Source: Candidatus Eiseniibacteriota bacterium
Lineage (GTDB): Bacteria; Eisenbacteria; RBG-16-71-46
NCBI GenBank assembly: GCA_963776245.1
Contig: CAVZLN010000003.1
Coordinates: 224,001-288,000, forward strand
Reading direction: 5' to 3'
Length of the DNA: 64,000 nt
Each line of letters opens with the position of its first letter. Position 1 is the stretch's first letter. The position numbers were made by a program, and so were the translations under genes. Shown here one piece after another: positions 1-9,167 of the stretch. Below the pieces are notes generated by a model, which searched no databases, was not told the origin of the DNA, and worked only from the letters and a program-made list of their open reading frames with translations.

Positions 1-448
1 GGATCTGGCACGGGTGCTCGCGGTCGGAGAGCCCGTTGATCACCGGCACGGTGGCCTACTTCGCCAGTTCCTCCACGATCTCGTGGCCGAACACGCGCGC
101 CATGATGAGGTCGGCCATGCGCGACAGCACCAGCGCGATGTCCTCGGTGGTCTCGCGCGCGCCGAGCTTGATGTCGTCGGGCCCGAGGTAGATCGCGTGG
201 CCGCCCAGCTGGGTCATGCCGGCCTCGAACGAGACCCGGGTGCGCAGCGAGGGCTTCTGGAAGATCATCGCCAGCGTCTGGCCGGCGAGGTGGGCGTGCT
301 TGCGGCCGCGGGCGCGATCGCGCTTGAGATCGAGCGCGAGGCGGAGCAGGTCGAGGGTCTCGCCCGCCGACAGGTCGGTGGTCGAGACGTAGTGGCGCGG
401 GCGTGACCGGGCCGCGGCGGAGCGCGGCCGTTTCTTCGTCGTCGGCAT
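1..448 (-). CDS. argF: Ornithine carbamoyltransferase (5' part; runs off left edge; in-frame TAG at 56-58)
   Basis: FQKPSLRTRVSFE carbamoyl-phosphate motif. Reading continues in frame past the TAG into ATVPVINGLSDREHPCQI (HPCQ motif). Confidence 0.92.
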
Positions 449-540
449 GGTTTCGATTCCCGTCGGTGGGGCGCCGGGCGCGGCCCGGCGCGCGCGCGGC
501 GCCGCGCGAGGCGAAGGCCCCGCGCGGCGCACGGTCACGA

Positions 541-1777
541 TCAGGCGAGCACGCGGGCGATGCGCTCGTACGCCCAGTCCAGATCCTTGTTCTCGATGAC
601 GAGCGGCGGCGCGATCCGCAGCACGCTCTCCACCGTGTCCTTGCACAGCACGCCTTCGTCCTTCAGCCGCTTCGCGTACTGCTTGGCCGGTCCGGCCTCG
701 GGCTTCAGTTCGATGCCGATCAGCAGGCCCTTGCCGCGGACCTCCTTCACCTTGGACGACGGCATGGCACGCAACCGTTGCATGAACGCCTCACCGAGCG
801 CCAGCGCGCGCTCCGGCAGCCGCTCGCGCACCAGCAACTCGAGCGCCTTGCGCGCCACCGCGCACCCCAGCGGATTGCCGCCGAACGTGCTGCCGTGGTC
901 GCCGGGCTCGAACACGCCCAGCACCTCGCGCGAGGCCAGCACCGCGGAGACCGGCATCATGCCGCCGCCGAGCGCCTTGCCGAGGATGAGCACGTCGGGC
1001 TTCACGCCCTCGTGGTCGCACGCGAACATGCGGCCGGTGCGGCCGAGCCCGGTCTGGATCTCGTCGGCGATGAACAGCACGCGGTGCTTCGCGCACAGCT
1101 CGTGCGCCCGCGCGCAGGTACCCGGCCGGGGGCACGACGATGCCGCCCTCGCCCTGGATGGGCTCGACCAGGAAGCCCACGGTGTTCGGCCCGATGGCCC
1201 GCTCGAGCGCCGCGAGGTCGCCGTACGGCACCAGCCGGAAGCCGGGCGTGAACGGCCCGAAGCCGTCGCGGTACTGCGGGTCGTCCGAGAACGAGACGAT
1301 GGTGACCGTGCGCCCGTGGAAGTTGCCGAGGCAGCAGATGATCTCGGCCTGGCCGTCGGGCACGCCCTTGATCTTGTAGCCCCACTTGCGCGCGGTCTTG
1401 ATCGCGGTCTCGACGCCCTCGGCGCCGGTGTTCATGGGCAGCACCAGGTCCTGCCCGCACAGCGCGGTGATCTCCTGGCAGAACGGTCCGAACTGGTCGT
1501 TCTGGAACGCGCGCGAGGTCAGGGTGAGGCGCTTCGCCTGCTCGACGAACACCGCGACCAGCTCGGGGTGGCCGTGGCCGAAGTTGAGCGCCGAGTAGGC
1601 GCTCAGCATGTCGAGGTAGCGGTGCCCCTCGACGTCCTCGACCCAGGCGCCCCGCCCGCTCGAGATGACGACGGGCAGCGGCGCGTAGTTGCGCGCGCTG
1701 AAGCGGTCGATGAGTTCGTTGTGGCGCTGCGTCGCGAGCCCGGTCTCGGGGCTGGCCGCGGTGGGATCGGGATGCAT
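541..1777 (-). CDS. rocD: Ornithine--oxo-acid aminotransferase, class III PLP (frameshift near 1110)
   Basis: [40 protein letters not shown], then in another frame [31 protein letters not shown]. Confidence 0.93.
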
Positions 1778-1792
1778 GGTCGTCCTCCTGGC

Positions 1793-3140
1793 CTAACGCG
1801 TGTGAGCCGGCGCGCGGCCGACGGCGCGGGCGATCGCGGCCGGCAGCACCGTGCGGTCGTGTTCCTCGAGCTCGTAGATCACGCGCGTCGAGGGCTTGCC
1901 GATCGCGAGCACGTGACCGAGGTCGATGGGCGTGGCGACCAGCACCAGGTCGCACGGCACCGCGTCGATGGTCTCCTTCAGTTCGGCGATCTGCTTGTCG
2001 CCGTAGCCCATCGCCGGCAGCACCTGGGTGACGTGCGGGTACTTCTCGAACGTGGCCTTGATCGAGCCGCGCGCGTACGGCCGCGGGTCCACGATCTCGG
2101 CCGCGCCGAGCCGCTGCGCCGCCACCAGGCCGGCGCCGTAGCGCATCTCGCCGTGCGTGAGCGTGGGGCCGTCCTCGATCACCAGCACGCGCTTGCCCTT
2201 CACCGCGCCGGGGTCCTTGACGGTGACCGGCGAGTCGGCGCGCAGCACGATGGCGCGCGGGTTGAGCGCGCGCACGCTGCGCTCGACCTGCTCGACGTTC
2301 GCGGGCTCGGCGGTGTCCACCTTGTTGAGGATGACGATGTCCGCCATGCGCACGTTGATCTCGCCGGGGTAGTAGCGCTGCTCGTGCCCGGGGCGGTGCG
2401 GATCGGCGACCACGATGTTGAGGTTCGGCCGGAAGAACGGCGTGTCGTTGTTGCCGCCGTCCCACAGCACCACGTCGGCCTCGGCCTCGGCGGCGCGCAG
2501 GATGCGCTCGTAGTCCACGCCGGCGAACACCACGTTGCCCATCGCGGTGTGCGGCTCGTACTCCTCGCGCTCCTCGATGGTGCACAACTGGTCGTCCATG
2601 TCCTGCACCGAGGCGAAGCGCTGGACCGCCTGCTTCGCGAGGTCGCCGTAGGGCATCGGGTGGCGCACCACCGCGGTCTTGAGGCCCATCTCGCGCAGGA
2701 TCTGCGTGACGCGGCGCGAGGTCTGGCTCTTGCCGCACCCGGTGCGCACCGCGCCCACCGCGATCACCGGCTTGACGCTCTCGAGCATGGTCTGCGCCGG
2801 GCCGAGCAGCACGAACTCGCAGCCCGCGGCGTTGACGCGCGAGGCGGCGTGCATGACGTGGTCGTACGACACGTCGGAGTAGGCGAACGTGACCACGTTC
2901 GCGCGCAGCTCGCGGATCAGGTCCTCGAGCCGCTCCTCGGGGTGGATCGGGATGCCGTTCGGGTACTGGGGGCCGGCGAGCACGGGTGGGTAGACGCGCC
3001 CGGCGATGTCGGGGATCTGGTTGGCGGTGAAGGCGACCACCTCGACGTCCGGGCTGGTGCTTCCACCACACGTTGAAGTTGTGGAAGTCACGTCCCGCGG
3101 CACCCATGATGATCACGCGCTGCTGTCTCGGCTCGGTCAT
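1793..3140 (-). CDS. P-loop protein of the cyclic 2,3-diphosphoglycerate synthetase-like family; probable arginine synthetase (ArcE-like); frameshift near 3060
   Basis: N-terminal RVIIMGAAGRDFHNFN, AVRTGCGKSQT P-loop, RHPMPYG, WDGGNND, EDGPTLTHG. Co-oriented with rocD and argF. Confidence 0.8.
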
Positions 3141-3448
3141 CGGACACGTCCTTCGAGCGATCCCAGTGGCTCGTCGGTCTCTCATCGGCCGGGCACCCGC
3201 GGCGCACTCCGCCTTCCCCGGAGGGCTCGCGACCCGACAGCCGGCTGACTGATCGAGGCATGAGGTCCATTACTTTGACTGGCCGGAGGCATGCCGCGCA
3301 ACCGCCCATCCCCGGCGCCGCGCAAGTCCTTGCTCGGCAAAGGCGGCTCCCGGGCGGGCGCCTGACAGCCCCGGCGCGCCCGCCCACGGCGCCTGACAGG
3401 GAGTCAGGGGGGGGACGGCGGCACTCCGAGCTCGAGCGGGCCGCGCGG

Positions 3449-5275
3449 TCAGCGTTGCGTGCCGCCCGCCGCGCTGTCGGGCCGCGCCGCCGCGCCAGCG
3501 GCCGCCATCTCCCGCTCGAGCGCGCCCAGCCAGTCGCGTCCGTGGGGCGCGCGGTCGGCGAGCGCGCGCAGGCGACCCAGCGCCTCGAGCGCGCCGGCGC
3601 GGTCCCCGCGGTCGAGCGCCACGCGGCCCAGCCGGTACCAGCCCTCGACATGGTCGGGCTGGCGCGTCAGCATCTCGCGGAACGCGCGCTCGGCGCTCGG
3701 CAGATCCCCCGCCAGGCGGGCCGCGAGCCCCCACTTGAGCAGGGACGCGGGCGAGGGCACGCCGCGCGCCGCGAGCCCGTAGGCGACGGCGCATCGTCGC
3801 CAGTCCTTCATGAGTGCGTAGCGGTCCCCGACATACGCGAGGAAGCGCGCGCGCTCGACCTCGTCGCGCCTCGGCGCCTCCTGGACGAAGCGCACCGCAC
3901 GCGTGAGCGAGCGCTCGACGTCGGCGTTCAGCGCCAGCCATTGCACTGTGGCCGACAGGCAGGCGAGCGCCGCGGGCACCGCGAGCCAGCCCGCGCGCGG
4001 CCGCGCCGCGAGCGCGTGGCGCACCACGATCGCGGCGAGCAGCACGACGGCCATGCCGACGGGCGCGGTGACGTCGAGGTCGCGCGCCAGGCCCTGCCGC
4101 GGATGGAGCAGCGGCAGCGCGACGAAAAGCGGGGCCGCGACCAGCGCGGTGGCCCACAGCGCCCGGTCCCGCGCCAGCGCCCGCCCGCCCGCCAGCGCGG
4201 CCACCAGCGCGAGCGGCAGCAGCGGGGCGAAGAACACCAGCAGGTTGGCCATGTCGAGCGCGCGCACGCCGGCGAACGAAGCCGCCAGCAGCCCGCCCTG
4301 CACGCGCTGCGCGGAGCTGTCGAGGTGATACTCGAGGTCGTAGTCGCGGATGATGCGCACCACCATCGGCAGCGCCCACATCGCGAGCGCCGCGCCGCCG
4401 ACGAGCGGCAGCCATACCCGCGGGCGGCGCGCCTCGCCGGGCGCGAGCGCGCGGGCCGAGAGCAGCAGGATCACCAGTCCGGCGGGGAGCAGCAGTACGG
4501 TGAAGCGGTGCAAGGCGAGCCCGGCGCCGAGCGCGAGCGCCAGCTCCATCGCCGGCCGGTGGCGCACCAGCACGCGCGCGGCGGCGACCGCGGAGAACAC
4601 CGTGAGCATGCACAGCTCGCCCGCGCACTTGCCGAAGCCGGTGAACAGGGTGAGCGCGCCGCCGGCCACGGTGGCGATCACGACCAGCGCCGCCTCGCTG
4701 CCGGATAGCGCGAGCGCGCGCACCAGCGCCACCGCGAGCGCGCCGAGCAGCGCCGCCTCGAGCGCGCCGAGCAGGCGCAGCGTGAGGCGCGGGTCCACGT
4801 GCGCCCGCCGGTCGAGCGCGCGCGGCAGCTCGACGTGGAGCGCCAGGTCGAGCGGCAGGGTCTCGGGGTAGTCGGCGAGGAACGAGGTCCCGCGCGCGAT
4901 CGCCTCATTGCGTTGCACGAAGTCGCCGGTGAAGAACGCGCGATCGGGGAAGGCCAGCACGAGCGCGGCGGTGAGCAGCGCCGCGCCCAGCGGAGCCCGC
5001 GCGCCACCGGCGACCAGGCCGTCGCCGAGCCGCGCCATCGCCGGCCGCAGGCGCCGGCCGACGGTCGGCCACAGCGCGAGCGCCGCGAGCGCCCATGGCA
5101 ACCACGCCGCCAGCGGCGGCAGGAAGCGCATCGCATCGAGGCCCCACAGCCACATGCCGGAGGCCGCAGCGAGCGCGGCGCGCAGGCCCAGCAGCGCGGC
5201 GAGCACCAGGCCGAGGACCAGCGGCGACGCTCCGGCCACAGTGGTGACGCGCGCGTCCGTGTGCTCGTCGTGCAT
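3449..5275 (-). CDS. Polytopic membrane protein with C-terminal TPR-like repeats
   Basis: 608-aa ORF with many hydrophobic segments; C-terminal helical repeats (AERAFREMLTRQPDHVEGWYRLG); GGAG RBS upstream. Confidence 0.7.
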   Translation of the reverse strand: MHDEHTDARVTTVAGASPLVLGLVLAALLGLRAALAAASGMWLWGLDAMRFLPPLAAWLPWALAALALWPTVGRRLRPAMARLGDGLVAGGARAPLGAALLTAALVLAFPDRAFFTGDFVQRNEAIARGTSFLADYPETLPLDLALHVELPRALDRRAHVDPRLTLRLLGALEAALLGALAVALVRALALSGSEAALVVIATVAGGALTLFTGFGKCAGELCMLTVFSAVAAARVLVRHRPAMELALALGAGLALHRFTVLLLPAGLVILLLSARALAPGEARRPRVWLPLVGGAALAMWALPMVVRIIRDYDLEYHLDSSAQRVQGGLLAASFAGVRALDMANLLVFFAPLLPLALVAALAGGRALARDRALWATALVAAPLFVALPLLHPRQGLARDLDVTAPVGMAVVLLAAIVVRHALAARPRAGWLAVPAALACLSATVQWLALNADVERSLTRAVRFVQEAPRRDEVERARFLAYVGDRYALMKDWRRCAVAYGLAARGVPSPASLLKWGLAARLAGDLPSAERAFREMLTRQPDHVEGWYRLGRVALDRGDRAGALEALGRLRALADRAPHGRDWLGALEREMAAAGAAARPDSAAGGTQR

Positions 5276-5410
5276 GGGCTCCTTCCTCGGTCGTGGCGCG
5301 CGTCCCCGCGGGCGCGCGAGGAAGCGGCGCGCCCGCGCAGGTTATCGGAGCGCGGTGGGCATGGCTACACGTAGTCCGTTCGGGTGTCCACGCGCGCCTC
5401 GCGGCCCTGC

Positions 5411-6271
5411 CTACGCTGTCGCGCGCCTCCGCGTCCCGCGCATCCGCCGCCACGCCGCGAGCAGCACGCCGTGCCCGAGCAGCAGCGCGGTGAGCGTCAC
5501 CAGGATGCTCGGCGCCGCGGGCAGGTCGAACTGCACCGATCCGAGCAGGCCCAGCACGCTGGCCACGAAGCCGAACGACCAGCCGATCGCCAGCGCCACG
5601 CCGGTGCGGCGGGTCGCCATCACGCCCGGCCACCGCGGGGATCACCAGCAGGCCGAACACCAGCAGCACGCCCGCGATCTGCACCGCCGAGGTCACCACG
5701 CAGCCGAAGGTGGCGTAGAAGAGGAAGTCCCACAGGAACAGCCGGCGGCCGCGCGCGGCCGCGGCCTGCGGGTCGTTGGTGATCTCGAGGAACGGCCGGC
5801 GCAGCAGCACGTGGACGCACGCCGATCACCGCGTAGAGCCCGGTGATGCGCAGCACCGTGCTGCGGGTCCACCGTGAACAGCGAGCCCACCAGCGTCTCC
5901 TTGAGGTGCTCGGCGCCCGAGGGCGTCTTCTCGAGCAGCAGGAACACCGCCGCCTGCGCGGTGGCGAACACGATGCCGATGAACGCCTCGAGCGGCACGC
6001 TGCGCGCCGCGGCCGCGCAGCCACGCGAACAGCGCCGCGCCGACGAACGTCATGCCGAGCGCCAGCAGCTAGGCGGCGACGCCCTCGTGCTCGAGCCCGA
6101 GCACCAGGCCGAGCGCGACGCCGAGCGCCGCCATCTGGGCGAGCGCGAGGTCCACGAACAGCACGCCGCGGCGCACGATGTGGAAGCCGAGGTAGGCGTG
6201 GATGCCGGCCAGCACCAGCGATCGCGACGGCGGCGGTGCGGAAGAACGGGAGCGACGAGGGCGTCGATCAT
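5411..6271 (-). CDS. Metal ABC transporter permease, ZnuB/MntB-like (several frameshifts; in-frame TAG at 6069-6071)
   Basis: Fragments in successive frames: HAYLGFHIVRRGVLFVDLALAQMAALG, EAFIGIVFA, GAEHLKETLVGSL, WDFLFYATFGCVVTSAVQIAGVLLVF. Confidence 0.85.
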
Positions 6272-6282
6272 CGGCGGCCTCC

Positions 6283-7186
6283 TCAGCGACCGCCCGCCAG
6301 CAGGCGGAGCACGTCGTGGATGTGGGCGAGGTAGCTGCCCGCCGCCGGCTCGTCGCACGAGGGCGCGGCGACCACCGGCCGCACGCCCGCCTCGCGGCCG
6401 AGGAACTGCCCGGCGTCGGCCGAGAAGTACGGCTCCTGGAGCAGCAGCTGCGACCTTGCGCGCGCCTTCGCGATCTGCACCAGCTCGGCGAGGTGCTTCG
6501 CGGTCGGCGGGATGCCGGGCACCGGTTCGACCGTGCCGGCGATCTCGAGCCCGAACGCGTTCGCGAGGTAGGGCCACGAGCGGTGGTAGGTGAGGATCAC
6601 CTTCGACGGGCAGGCGCGGCCGCGAGCTGGCGGCCGCTGCTCGCCACGCCGCCGTCGCCTCGCTGGCGAACGCCTCGGCGCGCGCGCGGTAGTCGGCGGC
6701 GTGCGCGGCGTCGACGCGCGCCAGCGCCTCGGCGATGTTGCGCGCCACCACGCGCGCCGTTGCGCGGATCGAGCCAGTAGTGCGGATTGCCGTCGGGGTG
6801 CACGTCGCCCATCGGGCGCGTCCACCTTGCCCGTCGGCTTCTCGAGCACGTCCACGCCCTGCGAGCAGTCCACGATCATCAGCTTGTCGTTGCGCGAGCC
6901 GTCGATGATGCCGTCGGCCCACTGGTCGAGCGCCGAGCCCGATCTTCAGGTACACCTGCGCGCGCGCCACCTTGACCATGTACGAGGGCAGCACCTCGAC
7001 GCGGTGCGGGTCCGCGGTCGGGCGCGCGATGGCGAACACCTCGACCTGCGTCGCCGCCGACGCTGGCGGCGATCGAGGCGAGGTCGTTGGTGGACGCGGC
7101 CACGCGCATCTTGGCGAGCGCGGCGGCCGGGAGCAGGAGCAGCGCGCCGCAGCAGCGCGGCGACGCAGAGCGGATCGGATCGTCAC
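6283..7186 (-). CDS. Metal ABC transporter substrate-binding protein, ZnuA/TroA cluster A-I (frameshifted)
   Basis: Motifs DPHRVE, GDVHPDGNPHYWLDP, TYHRSWPYLA, EPVPGIPPTAKHL across frames. Confidence 0.88.
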
Positions 7187-7196
7187 GAGGTGCCTC

Positions 7197-8363
7197 CTAG
7201 AACTGGTGGGCCTTGTGCGGGCCCATCGAGTAGATGACGCGCAGCGTGAGCGTGTTGACGGCGGCGGGGTCGGGACCGGCCGCGACGGGCGCCCGGCAGG
7301 TGACTGCTCGCAGTCGAGCGCGGAACACGGTGGTCTCCTCCATCAGCGCGAGGCCGGCGAACACGCGCAGCGCCTGGTCCCAGGCGCCGGTCCGCGTCGG
7401 GCTGCTGGTAGCGCTCGTAGCCGAGCGCCGGCGTCGTAGCGCGCGTCCCACGTTGTAGTCGGCGAACAGGTAGCCGCCGAGCGGCCTCGACGCGCGCCGT
7501 GGTGTAGGCCGCGGTCGACGCTGTCCCAGCCGGCGTCGTCGCGGTCGAGCGCGCAGCAGCTCGCCCTGCACGCAGCAGGTACGACGCGCGGCCCGTTCCA
7601 GAGCTTGGCCTTGAGCGTCGGCGCCCAGCACGGTGGTGCGCGCGGCGGCCGCGACGTTGTTGGTGCCCTGGGTGCCCGAGAGCCCCAGCTCGAGCCCCGA
7701 GCGATCGCCGATCGGGCACGAACGCCGCGAGCCGGCCGAGCGCCGCGGCGCGCGGCTCGGCGGCCCGGTCGCCGCCCGCCGGATCCCGCAGCCAGCGGAT
7801 CGTTCGGCCGCGACCGTCGCGCGCGCGCGCGATGCGGAACGAGTCGCCCTGCAGCCAGTCCGCGCGACGCGGTGAGCGCGATGTCGCCCGGCAGCGCGAG
7901 GCGCTCGGAGAGGCTGCACGCCCGGTCTCGTTGAACGCCTCCTCGCCGGGCAGGTACGCCGCCAGCACGCGGAAGCGCTCGGCGAACGGGTAGGTGTGCG
8001 GGTGGGCCGGATTGAGCTTGCCGAAGCCCACGCGGTACTTGCCGCCCTTGAGCGCGAGGCCCGCCGGGCAGGCCGCGCGTCAGGTCGAAGTACCCTTCCT
8101 CGAGCGCCGCGCCGCCGGTGCCGAGCGAGGCCACGAACGCCCCGCGGGCGTACGGGTTGAGCTAGGCGTCGAACACGAACTCGGTCTCGCCGGCCGTCGA
8201 GCGTGACGCGCTTGCGCGCGGGGTCGCCGGGGGCGTCGGTCCAGCGCGCGAGCGGCTGACCGATCACCGAGATGTCGGGATTGACCACGCCGGCGCTCGC
8301 GCCCGAGGCGAGCGCGGCCGCGAGCGCGGACGTGGCGATGAGGAACAGCGATCGTCGCAGCAT
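7197..8363 (-). CDS. Putative outer-membrane metal-uptake beta-barrel protein (frameshifted; in-frame TAG at 8162-8164)
   Basis: Signal peptide, NPDISVIG, LEEGYF, FGKLNPAHPH, C-terminal YSMGPHKAHQF ending in Phe; upstream of SBP and permease. Confidence 0.7.
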   Translation of the reverse strand: MLRRSLFLIATSALAAALASGASAGVVNPDISVIGQPLARWTDAPGDPARKRVTLDGRRDRVRVRRLAQPVRPRGVRGLARHRRRGARGRVLRPDARPARRASRSRAASTAWASASSIRPTRTPTRSPSASACWRRTCPARRRSTRPGVQPLRAPRAAGRHRAHRVARTGCRATRSASRARATVAAERSAGCGIRRAATGPPSRAPRRSAGSRRSCPIGDRSGLELGLSGTQGTNNVAAAARTTVLGADAQGQALERAARRTCCVQGELLRARPRRRRLGQRRPRPTPRRASRPLGGYLFADYNVGRALRRRRSATSATSSPTRTGAWDQALRVFAGLALMEETTVFRARLRAVTCRAPVAAGPDPAAVNTLTLRVIYSMGPHKAHQF

Positions 8364-8428
8364 GGAGGCTGCCTCCGTCGGACACGGACGAATGGTCCTC
8401 GCGCGCCGCGCCGGGCGCGGCGCGCGAG
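8364..8428 (-). promoter_or_regulatory. Structured intergenic leader: perfect 15-bp inverted repeat (8398-8428) and SD-sequestering mini-hairpin GGAGG-CAG-CCTCC-ATG (8364-8376)
   Basis: ctcgcgcgccgcgcc-g-ggcgcggcgcgcgag is a perfect inverted repeat. The SD GGAGG is followed directly by its complement CCTCC just before the start codon. Confidence 0.6.
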
Positions 8429-8477
8429 AAGATGAACGCGAGTGGGAGCCGCGGCGAGAGCGCACGCCGCGGGGCGT

Positions 8478-8774
8478 TCAGCCGCGCGGAGGGGCGCGGG
8501 CCGCGCCGGCCGAGCGCGCCGGGGTCACCGGTGCGAGCGTGGCGAACGCGAACAACCCGGCGGGGACCAGCGGCGCCGGCGGGCCGATGGTGACGGCGTG
8601 GGCGGCGACCGCGGCGCCGTGGAGGCCGGCGCACGTGACGCACGGGTGGGAGCCGGCACCCGGCCGCGCGTCGCACGACGGATCGGCGAGATGGTGCCAC
8701 GCGTGCGCCGCACCGCCGAGCACCAGCACGGCGGCGAGGAACAGCCCGGGCAGTCGGCGGAGAAGGGCGCGCAT
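8478..8774 (-). CDS. DUF2946/CruR-like leader peptide (signal/TM segment, His-rich, CxxC, C-terminal RAPP)
   Basis: 98 aa: MRALLRRLPGLFLAAVLVLGGAAHAWHH...SHPCVTCAGLH...Pro-rich linker...ARAPPRG-stop; first gene of a metal-uptake operon. Confidence 0.75.
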   Translation of the reverse strand: MRALLRRLPGLFLAAVLVLGGAAHAWHHLADPSCDARPGAGSHPCVTCAGLHGAAVAAHAVTIGPPAPLVPAGLFAFATLAPVTPARSAGAARAPPRG

Positions 8775-8877
8775 CGGATTCCTAGGATGCGGCCCCGGAT
8801 GGATGGTCGCAAGGAACCTTTCGCGCGAAGCCTCTCGCCGGGGGTCCGGGGAGCGCGCCTGATAGCCATTCAGGCGT

Positions 8878-8952
8878 GGCGCTGGACGAGGGCGGACCCG
8901 GAGGGGTGCGTGTGGGTATTGCACCCCGGAGGGTCTGCCCTTGTCCAGCGCC
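8878..8952 (+). other. Long imperfect hairpin (candidate structured RNA or palindromic element)
   Basis: 22-bp outer stem with two G-U pairs, symmetric GGA/GGA internal loop, 7-bp inner stem ggggtgc/gcacccc. Confidence 0.5.
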
Positions 8953-8986
8953 CTCCGCACAAGAGACACGCGCGCCATGCGTCCGC

Positions 8987-9016
8987 TTGGCGCCCTCCGG
9001 AGCGCCCTGCTAGGAT
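8987..9016 (+). promoter_or_regulatory. Putative sigma70 promoter of the hydrogenase operon
   Basis: TTGGCG-N18-TAGGAT with extended -10 TG (tgcTAGGAT). Confidence 0.35.
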
Positions 9017-9167
9017 GCGCTCACCCCCCACGGAGGTGACGTGTACCGCCGTGGCTACCCACACGCAGGCGCCATCGCCGCCGGTGACCTGTCGGCCGAG
9101 AGGCCCCGCTGCGCCGCCGGATCATCGGCGTGCGCCGGGACTCGCGCATCCCATTCCTCGTCTCCCC

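Noticed and set aside
560..3076. Long plus-strand ORF (838 aa) and similar antisense or alternate-frame ORFs (e.g. 20993-24235, 40964-43582, 51204-53411)
   Set aside because: Shadow ORFs expected in very GC-rich DNA; they overlap motif-bearing genes and show no recognisable motifs.
1793..3140. Annotation as cyclic 2,3-diphosphoglycerate synthetase
   Set aside because: No 2-phosphoglycerate kinase neighbour; the arginine/ornithine context favours an ArcE-like role.
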